Positions 1 to 7,105 of a stretch of 32,049 bases of DNA are shown here, one piece after another. The stretch comes from Candidatus Stercoripulliclostridium pullicola (lineage in GTDB: Bacteria; Bacillota; Clostridia; Christensenellales; DTU072): NCBI GenBank assembly GCA_017694145.1, contig JADINF010000140.1:1-32049 (forward strand). The letters run 5' to 3'. The first letter of the stretch is position 1. Each line of letters opens with the position of its first letter. The position numbers and the translations under genes were made by a program. A model generated the notes under the pieces. That model had not been told where the DNA came from, did no database searches, and saw only the letters and a program-made list of their open reading frames with translations.

Positions 1-833
1 TTGTGTATACCCGCCTGGTACGAACTTATCACGTCCATATACCCTTCGGTAAGCACTATCGACGTGTGCTTCTCGTCGGCTTGCGTCTTTTTGAAAAGAT
101 TGACGTTGAAAAGATTTTTGCGTTTGTCGAAAACGGGCGTACCTTTAGTATTGCGGTATTTGGGCTTAATATCCTTATCGAGGGTGCGTCCGCCGAAACC
201 TATCACTTCCCCTTTCGCGTTTATTATGGGGATGATGAGTCTTTTTGCAAGCGGATCGTAGCCGTCGTCACCGGTAAGTCCCGCAAGCGCGAGCGTTTCA
301 CGCGCAAAGCCCTGTTTTTCCAAAGCTTTCGCGAGCGAGTAACCGTCGGGGGAATACCCCAATCCGAACGCCACTCTCATCTCCGGAGAAACGTTGCGCT
401 TGTCCAGATATGCGGCGGCTCCCGCCGCTGCGGAAGTTTTGAGAGAAGAGTAGAAAAAATGTGCCGCGGCTTTATTCGCCGCAAGTATTTTTGCAACCTT
501 CGCGCGCATTCTGCGCACTTCCGGGTCTTCCTCTTCCGGAAGCTCCATGTGCGCCTCGCGCGCAAGCGTTTCGACCGCTTCCGTGTAGCTCATACGCTCG
601 TGTTCCATTAAAAAGGTGATCACGTTGCCGGATTTGCCGCAACCGAAACAATGATAATATTGCTCGTCGGCGTTGACGACGAAAGAAGCCGTTTTTTCAG
701 AGTGGAAGGGACAGCAAGCCCAGTACTTGTTGCCTTTCTTCTGCAAGTACATATATTTACCTAAGATCCGCACTATGTCGGACCTGGATCTGAGCTCCTC
801 GAGCCACCTCTCCGGAAAACGTGGAATAGGTAT
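1..833 (-). CDS. dnaG: DNA primase DnaG, N-terminal ~277 codons (3' end runs off the left edge of the window)
   Basis: Absent from the ORF track: there is no stop inside the window and no ATG/GTG/TTG at the 5' end. Manual minus-strand translation from 833 gives IPIPRFPERWLEELRSRSDIVRILGKYMYLQKKGNKYWACCPFHSEKTASFVVNADEQYYHCFGCGKSGNVITF..., which is the CHC2 primase zinc finger (C-x2-H-x17-C-x2-C). Further on come GFGGRTL..KPKYRNT and LTEGYMDV (start of TOPRIM). An in-frame TGA at 851..849 bounds the 5' end. The exact start is uncertain (ATA 833, ATT 827, GTG 773, ATG 752). Confidence 0.9.
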   Translation of the reverse strand, partial: MPIPRFPERWLEELRSRSDIVRILGKYMYLQKKGNKYWACCPFHSEKTASFVVNADEQYYHCFGCGKSGNVITFLMEHERMSYTEAVETLAREAHMELPEEEDPEVRRMRAKVAKILAANKAAAHFFYSSLKTSAAAGAAAYLDKRNVSPEMRVAFGLGYSPDGYSLAKALEKQGFARETLALAGLTGDDGYDPLAKRLIIPIINAKGEVIGFGGRTLDKDIKPKYRNTKGTPVFDKRKNLFNVNLFKKTQADEKHTSIVLTEGYMDVISSYQAGIH

Positions 834-952
834 GTACCTCTCTTGTCGTCAAACACAGACCGCAAAAGTCGCGTTTGTATTATATAATACGACGGGATCG
901 GAAATTTTCCTTATTATATTTATAATATTTTATATAATTTTGCTATAATAAG

Positions 953-1360
953 TTATTTTTCTTTTCCGCTCACTGCCGAAGCGTTTTCAGCTTGCGCGGA
1001 CGCCCCTCTCTCACGGGCTTTCGCCGCGCGCTCGTTAACCTCGGCTTTCAATTTTTTATAAAATGCGGAAAGCGCGAGCACGTAGCGTTCGCGTTCTTCC
1101 TCGCCGAAACTCTCGTAAACGTCACCGTCTACCAATTCGCCCACCGCGCCCAAAGTCCTTACGTCGTCATCCTGTATCGCGGCGACGGTTTCGTAATAAC
1201 CGTAAATATCTTCCGCCGAAAGCCGCTTACCCGCTATCACCACGACGTCCGAAACCGTTTTGACCGAATTAAGCTTCGTTATCTCGTCGTAATTACCGGA
1301 TACCATGCGTTCCCTGACCGATCTTAACACGCTGTTCCTCATTCTTTTGAAATCTGCCAT
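953..1360 (-). CDS. hypothetical acidic/charged 135-aa protein, no recognisable family
   Basis: ORF-track entry with an ATG start preceded by GGGGG (SD-like) 5 nt upstream. It sits in its own intergenic context, after the rpsU terminator and before dnaG. Composition is coding-like, and the C-terminal third is predicted helical and charged (YKKLKAEVNERAAKARERG). I recognise no motif. Confidence 0.6.
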   Translation of the reverse strand: MADFKRMRNSVLRSVRERMVSGNYDEITKLNSVKTVSDVVVIAGKRLSAEDIYGYYETVAAIQDDDVRTLGAVGELVDGDVYESFGEEERERYVLALSAFYKKLKAEVNERAAKARERGASAQAENASAVSGKEK

Positions 1361-1505
1361 TATAGCCCCCGAGCTTTTTATTATCTACCAAAATACGGCA
1401 AAATCGATTATACTACCGCGCGTTACATAGCCGTTCCCTTTCGACAAAAACAGGCAAAAGAGCCGCGATTACGTCAAACGCGCTCGCGCGGCAAATATCG
1501 GCGAC

Positions 1506-1536
1506 AAAAAAAAACGACGTCCGTAGGACGTCGTTT
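1506..1536 (-). terminator. rho-independent terminator of rpsU
   Basis: The minus strand reads AAACGACGTCC-tac-GGACGTCGTTT followed by a run of T's (plus-strand A-run 1506..1514). The stem is a perfect 11 bp (8 GC-rich bp plus A:U extension) with a 3-nt loop, 18 nt downstream of the rpsU stop codon. Confidence 0.85.
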
Positions 1537-1553
1537 CGTAGGTTCGCTCGGTA

Positions 1554-1730
1554 TTATTTGTAAGAGCGTTTGCGCGCGGCTTCCGCTTTCTTCTTGCGGC
1601 GAACGCTGGGCTTCTCGTAAGCCTCCTTGCGGCGGAGATCTCCGATGATACCGTCGTTGGCGCATTTCTTCTTCCATCTGCGGATAGCGCTGTCGAGAGT
1701 TTCGTTTTCTTTCACGATCACGGTTGACAT
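1554..1730 (-). CDS. rpsU: 30S ribosomal protein S21
   Basis: Not in the ORF track (58 aa). Manual translation gives [58 protein letters not shown], the typical S21 sequence pattern (VKENE.LD.A.RR.K..C...G......R..E.YEKPS..RK.K..AA.KR). A strong AAGGAGG sits 8 nt upstream of the ATG at 1730, and the stop is TAA at 1556..1554. Confidence 0.93.
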   Translation of the reverse strand: MSTVIVKENETLDSAIRRWKKKCANDGIIGDLRRKEAYEKPSVRRKKKAEAARKRSYK

Positions 1731-1769
1731 TTCGGTTTCACCTCCTTTGCTCTTAATCTTTACCCGTAT

Positions 1770-1798
1770 ATATTACAGGATTTTTACCCCGTTGTCAA
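1770..1798 (-). promoter_or_regulatory. sigma-A type promoter for rpsU
   Basis: The minus strand reads TTGACA (1798..1793), a 17-nt spacer, then TAATAT (1775..1770), about 40 nt upstream of the rpsU ATG. Confidence 0.6.
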
Positions 1799-1832
1799 AC
1801 GGTATTTGCAATTTATAATATTTTCGATACCG

Positions 1833-4529
1833 CTATTCTATGCGCAATGCGTCTACGACGTTCTTCCTCGCCGCCATCTGCGAAGGCACAAGACCGCTCA
1901 ATACCGTTAATCCGAGGCTCAACACGACGAGCAACAGCGCGTGCAAAGGATTGAGCGCGAGCAATGCCATTCCCACGGAATTGGCGAGCAACAGATTGAT
2001 AAGCGGTATGAGCGCGTACGCTATGGCGATACCGAGCGTGCCGCTGAAAAAGCCTATTATGGCGGTTTCGGCATCGAACACGCGCGAAATATCGCGTTTC
2101 CTCGCGCCGAGCGAACGGAGTATGCCTATTTCCCTAGTGCGCTCGACTACGGAGTTACCGGTGATGATCGCTATCATTATACAACTGACGATGAGCGAAA
2201 TGCTCGCGACCGCTATGAGCACGGTGGTCATAAGATCCACCATTATCCTCATATTGTAAATGAACATCTCGGAAACGTCGAAATATTCCATATTGCCGTG
2301 ATCGTCGTTCCAATCGTTGAGGTAAGCGGTGATATTACTCTTGCTCTCGAAGTCCTTGGGATAGATATTGATGTAAACGGGTTCCGCCTCGACGGCAAGC
2401 GCTTTGAGCTTGGCGGTGCGGACGAGTCCGTTAAGGAAGAAGCCGGCGATACCAAACAGGTCGCCGCCTATGATCTCGGCGTCCTCGCCTATGCTTCCGT
2501 TGAAATAGCCGTCGTTGGTTATGACGCACTTCTTTGTGGAGGGTGAAGACGCCATCAAAGCTTTCTGCGCCGACGTGACATCGGAAACGGAGGCGGAAGC
2601 GAGTACGTGTTCCGCAAGCTCGGGAGTATAGCACAGCGCGTTTCCGACAAAACCGGAGCCGCCGTCTTTAAGGCGCAATACGCCGACGATCTTAAGGTTC
2701 ACGTTGCCGGTTGCGTTCCAGAGTTCTTCGTCCGCCACGTATGCGGCGTTCTTGTCTCCGGTATACGTTCTCGGCTGATAGTAGCCGCCTTTTCCGTCGT
2801 CTACGAATTCGTAATATGTATCGTTGTCGACGAGTTTGAGCTCCGCCGTGAACAATTCCGCGAAGGACATGGATTCTTTATATATCGGATCTTCGTTTTC
2901 GTCGTAAAGTATCTTGCCGTCGCCGTCGCGCTGATAGACGTCCACGCCGAACTGCGCGAGCGCTTCGGGGCTCACGACGTTGTTACCGTCCACTACCAAC
3001 ACTATCTCGTTATAAGCCGCAGGATAACTGCCTCCTATGAGGTCGTAATTGGCAAGAACGTAATCCTTGCCTCCCGCAAGCTGATACCAGTTGACCGGTT
3101 CCTGTCCGTTCTCGCCGAGCACCTGCGTAGCTATGCTGAGCGCGGTGGTGGTCTGCGGCGTGCTGCTGACGTCCTTATACACGGAATTGCCCTCGGCGTC
3201 TTTGGTATTCGACAGGATATTCATCTTCGTCCCGTAGAAATAATTGACGGAATTGGTCCACGAAGGATCCATTTTCTTGAGATGTTCCACGAATTCCGCG
3301 GAAATATCGTTCCTTCCTACGGAATTCAATACGGAACTCATCATTCCCGACAGATCCATTCCTCCTGAGGACGAAGATTTCCCGCTGAAATAGATCTCGT
3401 CCTCTTCGGGATAAGTGCTTGCATTGTACTCGTAATTCTCGAATACGTCGGTCATTACGCTGTAGTCCATCGAATACTCGTATATACCGATAGGTACGGT
3501 CGCGAGAACGCTTGCCTGCATGTTATTGAGAACTTGATTGAAGCCATTGGACATCGCAAGCACGAGCGCAAGACTTATGATACCCACGCTTCCAGCAAAC
3601 GAAGTGAGGAAGGTGCGGCGCTTCTTGGTAATAAGGTTCTTGAACGAAAGGCTGAACGCCGTGCGCGCTTTCATCGAGGTAGCCTTGAAAGGAGATTTCT
3701 GCCCTTTCATCTTGATACCGAGCTTGTTGAGCGCGCCCGCCGCTTCCGAAACTTTAGCGGCGAATTTGGATTTTTTACCGCTTTCGGAGGGAGCTTCCTC
3801 GGCGGCGCTCTGTTCGCTTTCGGCGTCGTTATCGAGCAATTCGGGCTCCCATTCATAGGGCATCGTGTCGTTTACGACAAGCCCGTCGTTCAGCTTGACG
3901 ATCCTCGTGCTGTACTGATCGGCAAGCTCCGTATTGTGCGTTACCATTATTACGAGCCTGTCTCTGGCGACTTCCTTGAGAAGCTCCATAACCTGCACGC
4001 TGAGCTCGGAGTCGAGCGCGCCCGTTGGTTCGTCCGCGAGCACTATGCGCGGATTATTGACGAGCGCACGCGCTATCGCCACGCGCTGCATCTGACCGCC
4101 GCTTATCTGCGAAGGCTTCTTCTTGAGCTCGCCGCCCATGCCTACCCTTTCGAGCGCCGCCGTAGCCATGCGGGTGCGTTCGGCTTTGTCCACGCCCGAC
4201 AGAGACAGCGCGAGCGCCACGTTCTCGAGCACGGTAAGGTGCGGGATAAGGTTGTAATTCTGGAATACGAAACCTATCGTGGCATTGCGGTAAGCGTCCC
4301 ACTGTTCCGCTTTGAAGGATTGGGTGGACGTGTTCCCGATGATGAGGTCGCCCGTCGTGTACCTGTCCAACCCGCCGATGATGTTCAACAAAGTGGATTT
4401 GCCGCATCCCGACGCGCCGATTATCGAAACGAATTCGCTCTCTCTGAATGCGAGCGTTACGCCGCGCAAAGCGCGCACCGTGTAATCGCCCATTTCGTAG
4501 ATTTTGGTTACGTTTTTAATCTTAAGCAT
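1833..4529 (-). CDS. fused ABC transporter (MacB/FtsX type): N-terminal ATPase, TM1, large extracytoplasmic domain, C-terminal FtsX-like 3-TM permease
   Basis: 898-aa ORF with Walker A GASGCGKST, signature ISGGQMQRVAIARAL and Walker B IVLADEPTGALD. An acidic/basic linker follows, then TM1 (FLTSFAGSVGIISLALVLAMS) and about 430 non-hydrophobic residues. The C-terminus carries ERTREIGILRSLGARKRDI plus three TM segments, typical of FtsX/MacB permeases. GAGAGGAA lies before the ATG. Confidence 0.88.
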   Translation of the reverse strand: MLKIKNVTKIYEMGDYTVRALRGVTLAFRESEFVSIIGASGCGKSTLLNIIGGLDRYTTGDLIIGNTSTQSFKAEQWDAYRNATIGFVFQNYNLIPHLTVLENVALALSLSGVDKAERTRMATAALERVGMGGELKKKPSQISGGQMQRVAIARALVNNPRIVLADEPTGALDSELSVQVMELLKEVARDRLVIMVTHNTELADQYSTRIVKLNDGLVVNDTMPYEWEPELLDNDAESEQSAAEEAPSESGKKSKFAAKVSEAAGALNKLGIKMKGQKSPFKATSMKARTAFSLSFKNLITKKRRTFLTSFAGSVGIISLALVLAMSNGFNQVLNNMQASVLATVPIGIYEYSMDYSVMTDVFENYEYNASTYPEEDEIYFSGKSSSSGGMDLSGMMSSVLNSVGRNDISAEFVEHLKKMDPSWTNSVNYFYGTKMNILSNTKDAEGNSVYKDVSSTPQTTTALSIATQVLGENGQEPVNWYQLAGGKDYVLANYDLIGGSYPAAYNEIVLVVDGNNVVSPEALAQFGVDVYQRDGDGKILYDENEDPIYKESMSFAELFTAELKLVDNDTYYEFVDDGKGGYYQPRTYTGDKNAAYVADEELWNATGNVNLKIVGVLRLKDGGSGFVGNALCYTPELAEHVLASASVSDVTSAQKALMASSPSTKKCVITNDGYFNGSIGEDAEIIGGDLFGIAGFFLNGLVRTAKLKALAVEAEPVYINIYPKDFESKSNITAYLNDWNDDHGNMEYFDVSEMFIYNMRIMVDLMTTVLIAVASISLIVSCIMIAIITGNSVVERTREIGILRSLGARKRDISRVFDAETAIIGFFSGTLGIAIAYALIPLINLLLANSVGMALLALNPLHALLLVVLSLGLTVLSGLVPSQMAARKNVVDALRIE

Positions 4530-4563
4530 TCTTGTATTCCTCTCTTACGGGGGGGATAGGCGG

Positions 4564-4908
4564 TCACGCCATTTTTTCGGAAAGCTTCTCGCCTCCGAGT
4601 ATGTGTATATGCAAATGGTTCACGCTCTGGCAACCGTTTTCGCCCTTGTTGGATACAAGCCTGAAGCCGTCCTGCAATCCGAGCTCGTCGGTAAGTTCGC
4701 CGAGTTTTTTAAGGCACTTGGCAAGAGTTGCGGCGTCTTCCGCGCTCATTTCGACGATATTGGCATAATGTTTTTTCGGTAAAAGCAGATAATGTTTCTT
4801 AGCCTGCGGCGCGATATCCGCTATGATAAGCATATCATCGTCTTCGTAAAACTTTCGGGAAGGGATCTCGCCCGCTATGATTCTGCAAAAAATACAGTTA
4901 TTTTCCAT
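4564..4908 (-). CDS. HIT (histidine triad) family nucleotide hydrolase/transferase
   Basis: Histidine-triad motif NHLHIHILGG, with N-terminal CIFCRIIAGEIP. I prefer the ATG at 4908 (MENNCIFC...), which has AAGGAG 6 nt upstream, over the track's 4932 start, which lacks an SD and would overlap mtaB by 35 nt. Confidence 0.85.
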   Translation of the reverse strand: MENNCIFCRIIAGEIPSRKFYEDDDMLIIADIAPQAKKHYLLLPKKHYANIVEMSAEDAATLAKCLKKLGELTDELGLQDGFRLVSNKGENGCQSVNHLHIHILGGEKLSEKMA

Positions 4909-6154
4909 AGATTTCTCCTTTAAGTCCGTCATGGAATTTTTCGGTAGGTATAATTATAGCACATTTTCCGACGACGTGCACGTCGCAAGGGGTATATATA
5001 CGTAAATAATATTCGCTGTATCCTACCGCGTAGCCGTCGCGCACCTCTTCGAAAAGCGCTTTCTGCGGAATTCCCGTCATCGAATCGATATACGCTGTGC
5101 GTAAAACGTCGCGCGCTTTCGCGAGTTCGTTCTTACGCCTCGCAACTACAGAGGGATCGAGCGGCGCGAGCAACGCCGCGCGAGTTCCTTCGCGCGCAGA
5201 AAAAGGAAAAATGTGCAGATCCGCAAATGCGGCTTCTCTTACGAAAGAGAGGGTGTTGCGGAACGCCTCTTCCGTTTCGGTGGGATACCCCACTATCACG
5301 TCGGTGGTTATCGCCGCGGAAGGGAAATATCTCCTTATAAGCGCGACCTTGTCGAGGTATTCGCGCGAAGTGTATTTCCTTCCCATATCCTTCAGAACGC
5401 CGTCGTCGCCGTTCTGAAGCGACAGATGAAAGTGCGGACAGAATTCCTTTAATCCTTTAAGGGCGTTAAGCAGTCTTTCGTCCACGCCTTCCACGTAAAA
5501 CGAACCCAACCGGATGCGCACCGGGACGTCGGCTATCTTTTCGATAAGCTCGGCAAGCGAAGTTCCCGTGTCCTGCCCGAATTTTGAAAGATTGATACCG
5601 GTGAGCACTATCTCGCCCGTTTTCCCGGCGAGCGCTCCGATCTCGCGGACGCATGCGCTAAGATCGCGCGAACGCGATCTGCCGCGAAGATAAGGGATTA
5701 TGCAATAGGAACAGAAATTGTTGCAACCGTCCTGTATCTTGACGTAAGCACGGGTGCGGCTCACGGCGGGAACGCAGTCGGGCTCTTCGAACGCCGCGGG
5801 ACGGGCGTCGTTCACGGCAAGCTCCCCGTCGAGATGAGTAAGTATAGCCTTTTTGTCGGCTACGCCCGAAACGTATTGCACGCCGCTTTTTATGTAAAAA
5901 TCCTTGTTTTTCTCCGAAGCGCAACCGGTTATCATTATGCGAGCCGAAGGGTTGTGCTTACGGCAACGCGCTATGACCTGACGGGATTTACGCTCCGCTT
6001 CGGCAGTCACCGCGCATGTATTGACGATATATAAATCGGCGTATCCGAGTTCTTCGGAAACGCCGTATCCTCTCGCCGCAAGCTCTTGAGCCAGTACGTC
6101 GCATTCGTATTGGTTGACCTTGCAGCCTAAATTGAATATTACCGCCCGCTTCAC
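4898..6154 (-). CDS. mtaB: tRNA methylthiotransferase, MiaB-like (MtaB type), radical SAM
   Basis: N-terminal UPF0004 domain (FNLGCKVNQYE, VNTCAVT), radical-SAM CNNFCSYCIIPYLRG and a C-terminal TRAM-like region. It sits after prmA, as yqeV does in B. subtilis. I prefer the GTG at 6154, which has GGAGA 6 nt upstream and forms a GTGA overlap with the prmA stop. The track start at 6193 has no SD. Confidence 0.85.
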   Translation of the reverse strand: MKRAVIFNLGCKVNQYECDVLAQELAARGYGVSEELGYADLYIVNTCAVTAEAERKSRQVIARCRKHNPSARIMITGCASEKNKDFYIKSGVQYVSGVADKKAILTHLDGELAVNDARPAAFEEPDCVPAVSRTRAYVKIQDGCNNFCSYCIIPYLRGRSRSRDLSACVREIGALAGKTGEIVLTGINLSKFGQDTGTSLAELIEKIADVPVRIRLGSFYVEGVDERLLNALKGLKEFCPHFHLSLQNGDDGVLKDMGRKYTSREYLDKVALIRRYFPSAAITTDVIVGYPTETEEAFRNTLSFVREAAFADLHIFPFSAREGTRAALLAPLDPSVVARRKNELAKARDVLRTAYIDSMTGIPQKALFEEVRDGYAVGYSEYYLRIYTPCDVHVVGKCAIIIPTEKFHDGLKGEIYGK

Positions 6155-7083
6155 TTTACGTCTCCGACAAGCCTCAGGGTAAGCCCCCACCACTCTCCGA
6201 GATTTTCCTCGCGCTCCTTGCGGAAACCGAGTTTTTCGTAAAGCTTGACGACTTCGTCTTTACGCTGATCGATGATACCCGAACAAACGAGTATCCCGCC
6301 GCCGACGAGATTCGCCCTGACGCCCGCGGAAAGCCTCGCGAGTATATCGGCGGTAAGATTCGCCGTCACCACGTCTGCGCGTACGTCGAGATCGCCCGCG
6401 AGATCGGCGCAAACCGCCGTTATGCCGCGCTCTATCCCGTTGAGCTCCGCGTTCTCGTAGACCGCGCGCACCGCCTCGGGGTCGATGTCGGTGGCGTAAA
6501 CCTCTTCCGCGCCAGCCTTCGCCGCAGCTATTGCCAGTATCCCCGAACCCGTGCCCACGTCGAGCACGCGCTTTCCCGTGAGATCGAGTTCCGACATAAG
6601 GCGCAGACAAAGTTGCGTACTCTCGTGCGCTCCGGTGCCGAACGCCGTGGCGGGGTTTATGCGGACGATCAGCAAGTCCTTGTATCCCGCGCTCTCCATC
6701 CACTCCGGAAGCACGACGAAATGCCCCGCTTCCACGGGTTTATAATAGTTTTTCCAGTCGTTCTCCCAGTCCGCGTCCTCGACGTCTTTGACTTCGATAC
6801 GCATTTCTTCCGCGTCGGATCCGAGAGTCAAGGATAACATATCTTTAAGTTTGGTTACCGTTTCTTCGGCATTACCGCTCTCGATGAACCCGGTGACGCG
6901 CACCGCGTCGTCGGACGAGATAAGCCCCGCATCCACGTAATCCCAATTAGCGGCGCCGTTCAGGACTTCGCTCAGATCGCCGGGGTCCGATATGCTTACG
7001 CCGCTCGCGCCGAGACTCCAGAAGGCGTCGGATACGAATTCGGAATGTTCTGCGGTCGTGGTCACGGTTATTTCTTTATACAT
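6151..7083 (-). CDS. prmA: ribosomal protein L11 methyltransferase
   Basis: 310 aa with SAM-binding VLDVGTGSGILAIAAAKAGA, the conserved FGTGAHESTQLCL motif, and its position directly after dnaJ. Confidence 0.9.
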   Translation of the reverse strand: MYKEITVTTTAEHSEFVSDAFWSLGASGVSISDPGDLSEVLNGAANWDYVDAGLISSDDAVRVTGFIESGNAEETVTKLKDMLSLTLGSDAEEMRIEVKDVEDADWENDWKNYYKPVEAGHFVVLPEWMESAGYKDLLIVRINPATAFGTGAHESTQLCLRLMSELDLTGKRVLDVGTGSGILAIAAAKAGAEEVYATDIDPEAVRAVYENAELNGIERGITAVCADLAGDLDVRADVVTANLTADILARLSAGVRANLVGGGILVCSGIIDQRKDEVVKLYEKLGFRKEREENLGEWWGLTLRLVGDVK

Positions 7084-7105
7084 AACTGATCTCCGTTTAC
7101 CGACC

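Noticed and set aside
1-611. Plus-strand ORFs 1..261 (86 aa) and 3..611 (202 aa) at the left edge.
   Set aside because: They lie opposite the dnaG reading frame, which shows an unambiguous primase zinc finger and TOPRIM start on the minus strand. The plus-strand translations are Arg/Phe-rich with no motif.
673-948. Plus-strand ORF of 91 aa spanning the dnaG 5' end and the AT-rich spacer.
   Set aside because: It overlaps the conserved dnaG N-terminus in antisense and has a TTG start without an SD. Its C-terminal part (IFLIIFIIFYIILL) is just a translation of AT-rich promoter DNA.
1474-1677. Minus-strand 67-aa ORF in the track at the rpsU locus.
   Set aside because: It is out of frame with the genuine S21 gene (1554..1730) and runs through the rpsU terminator hairpin. 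Its translation is Arg/Pro-rich nonsense.
1799-1832. Inverted repeat CGGTAT...ATACCG just after the ABC transporter stop, considered as a possible terminator.
   Set aside because: It has only a 6-bp stem with a 22-nt AT-rich loop and no following U-tract. It also overlaps the region upstream of the rpsU -35 box, so it is too weak to call.
6260-6703. Same-strand nested ORFs in alternative frames: 147 aa inside prmA; 25937..26401 inside topA; 27762..28163 inside dprA; 4054..4407 inside the ABC gene; 5466..5924 inside mtaB.
   Set aside because: The products are extremely Arg/Gly/His-rich, which is typical of the +1/+2 frames of GC-biased coding sequence. None has an SD or any sign of independent conservation.
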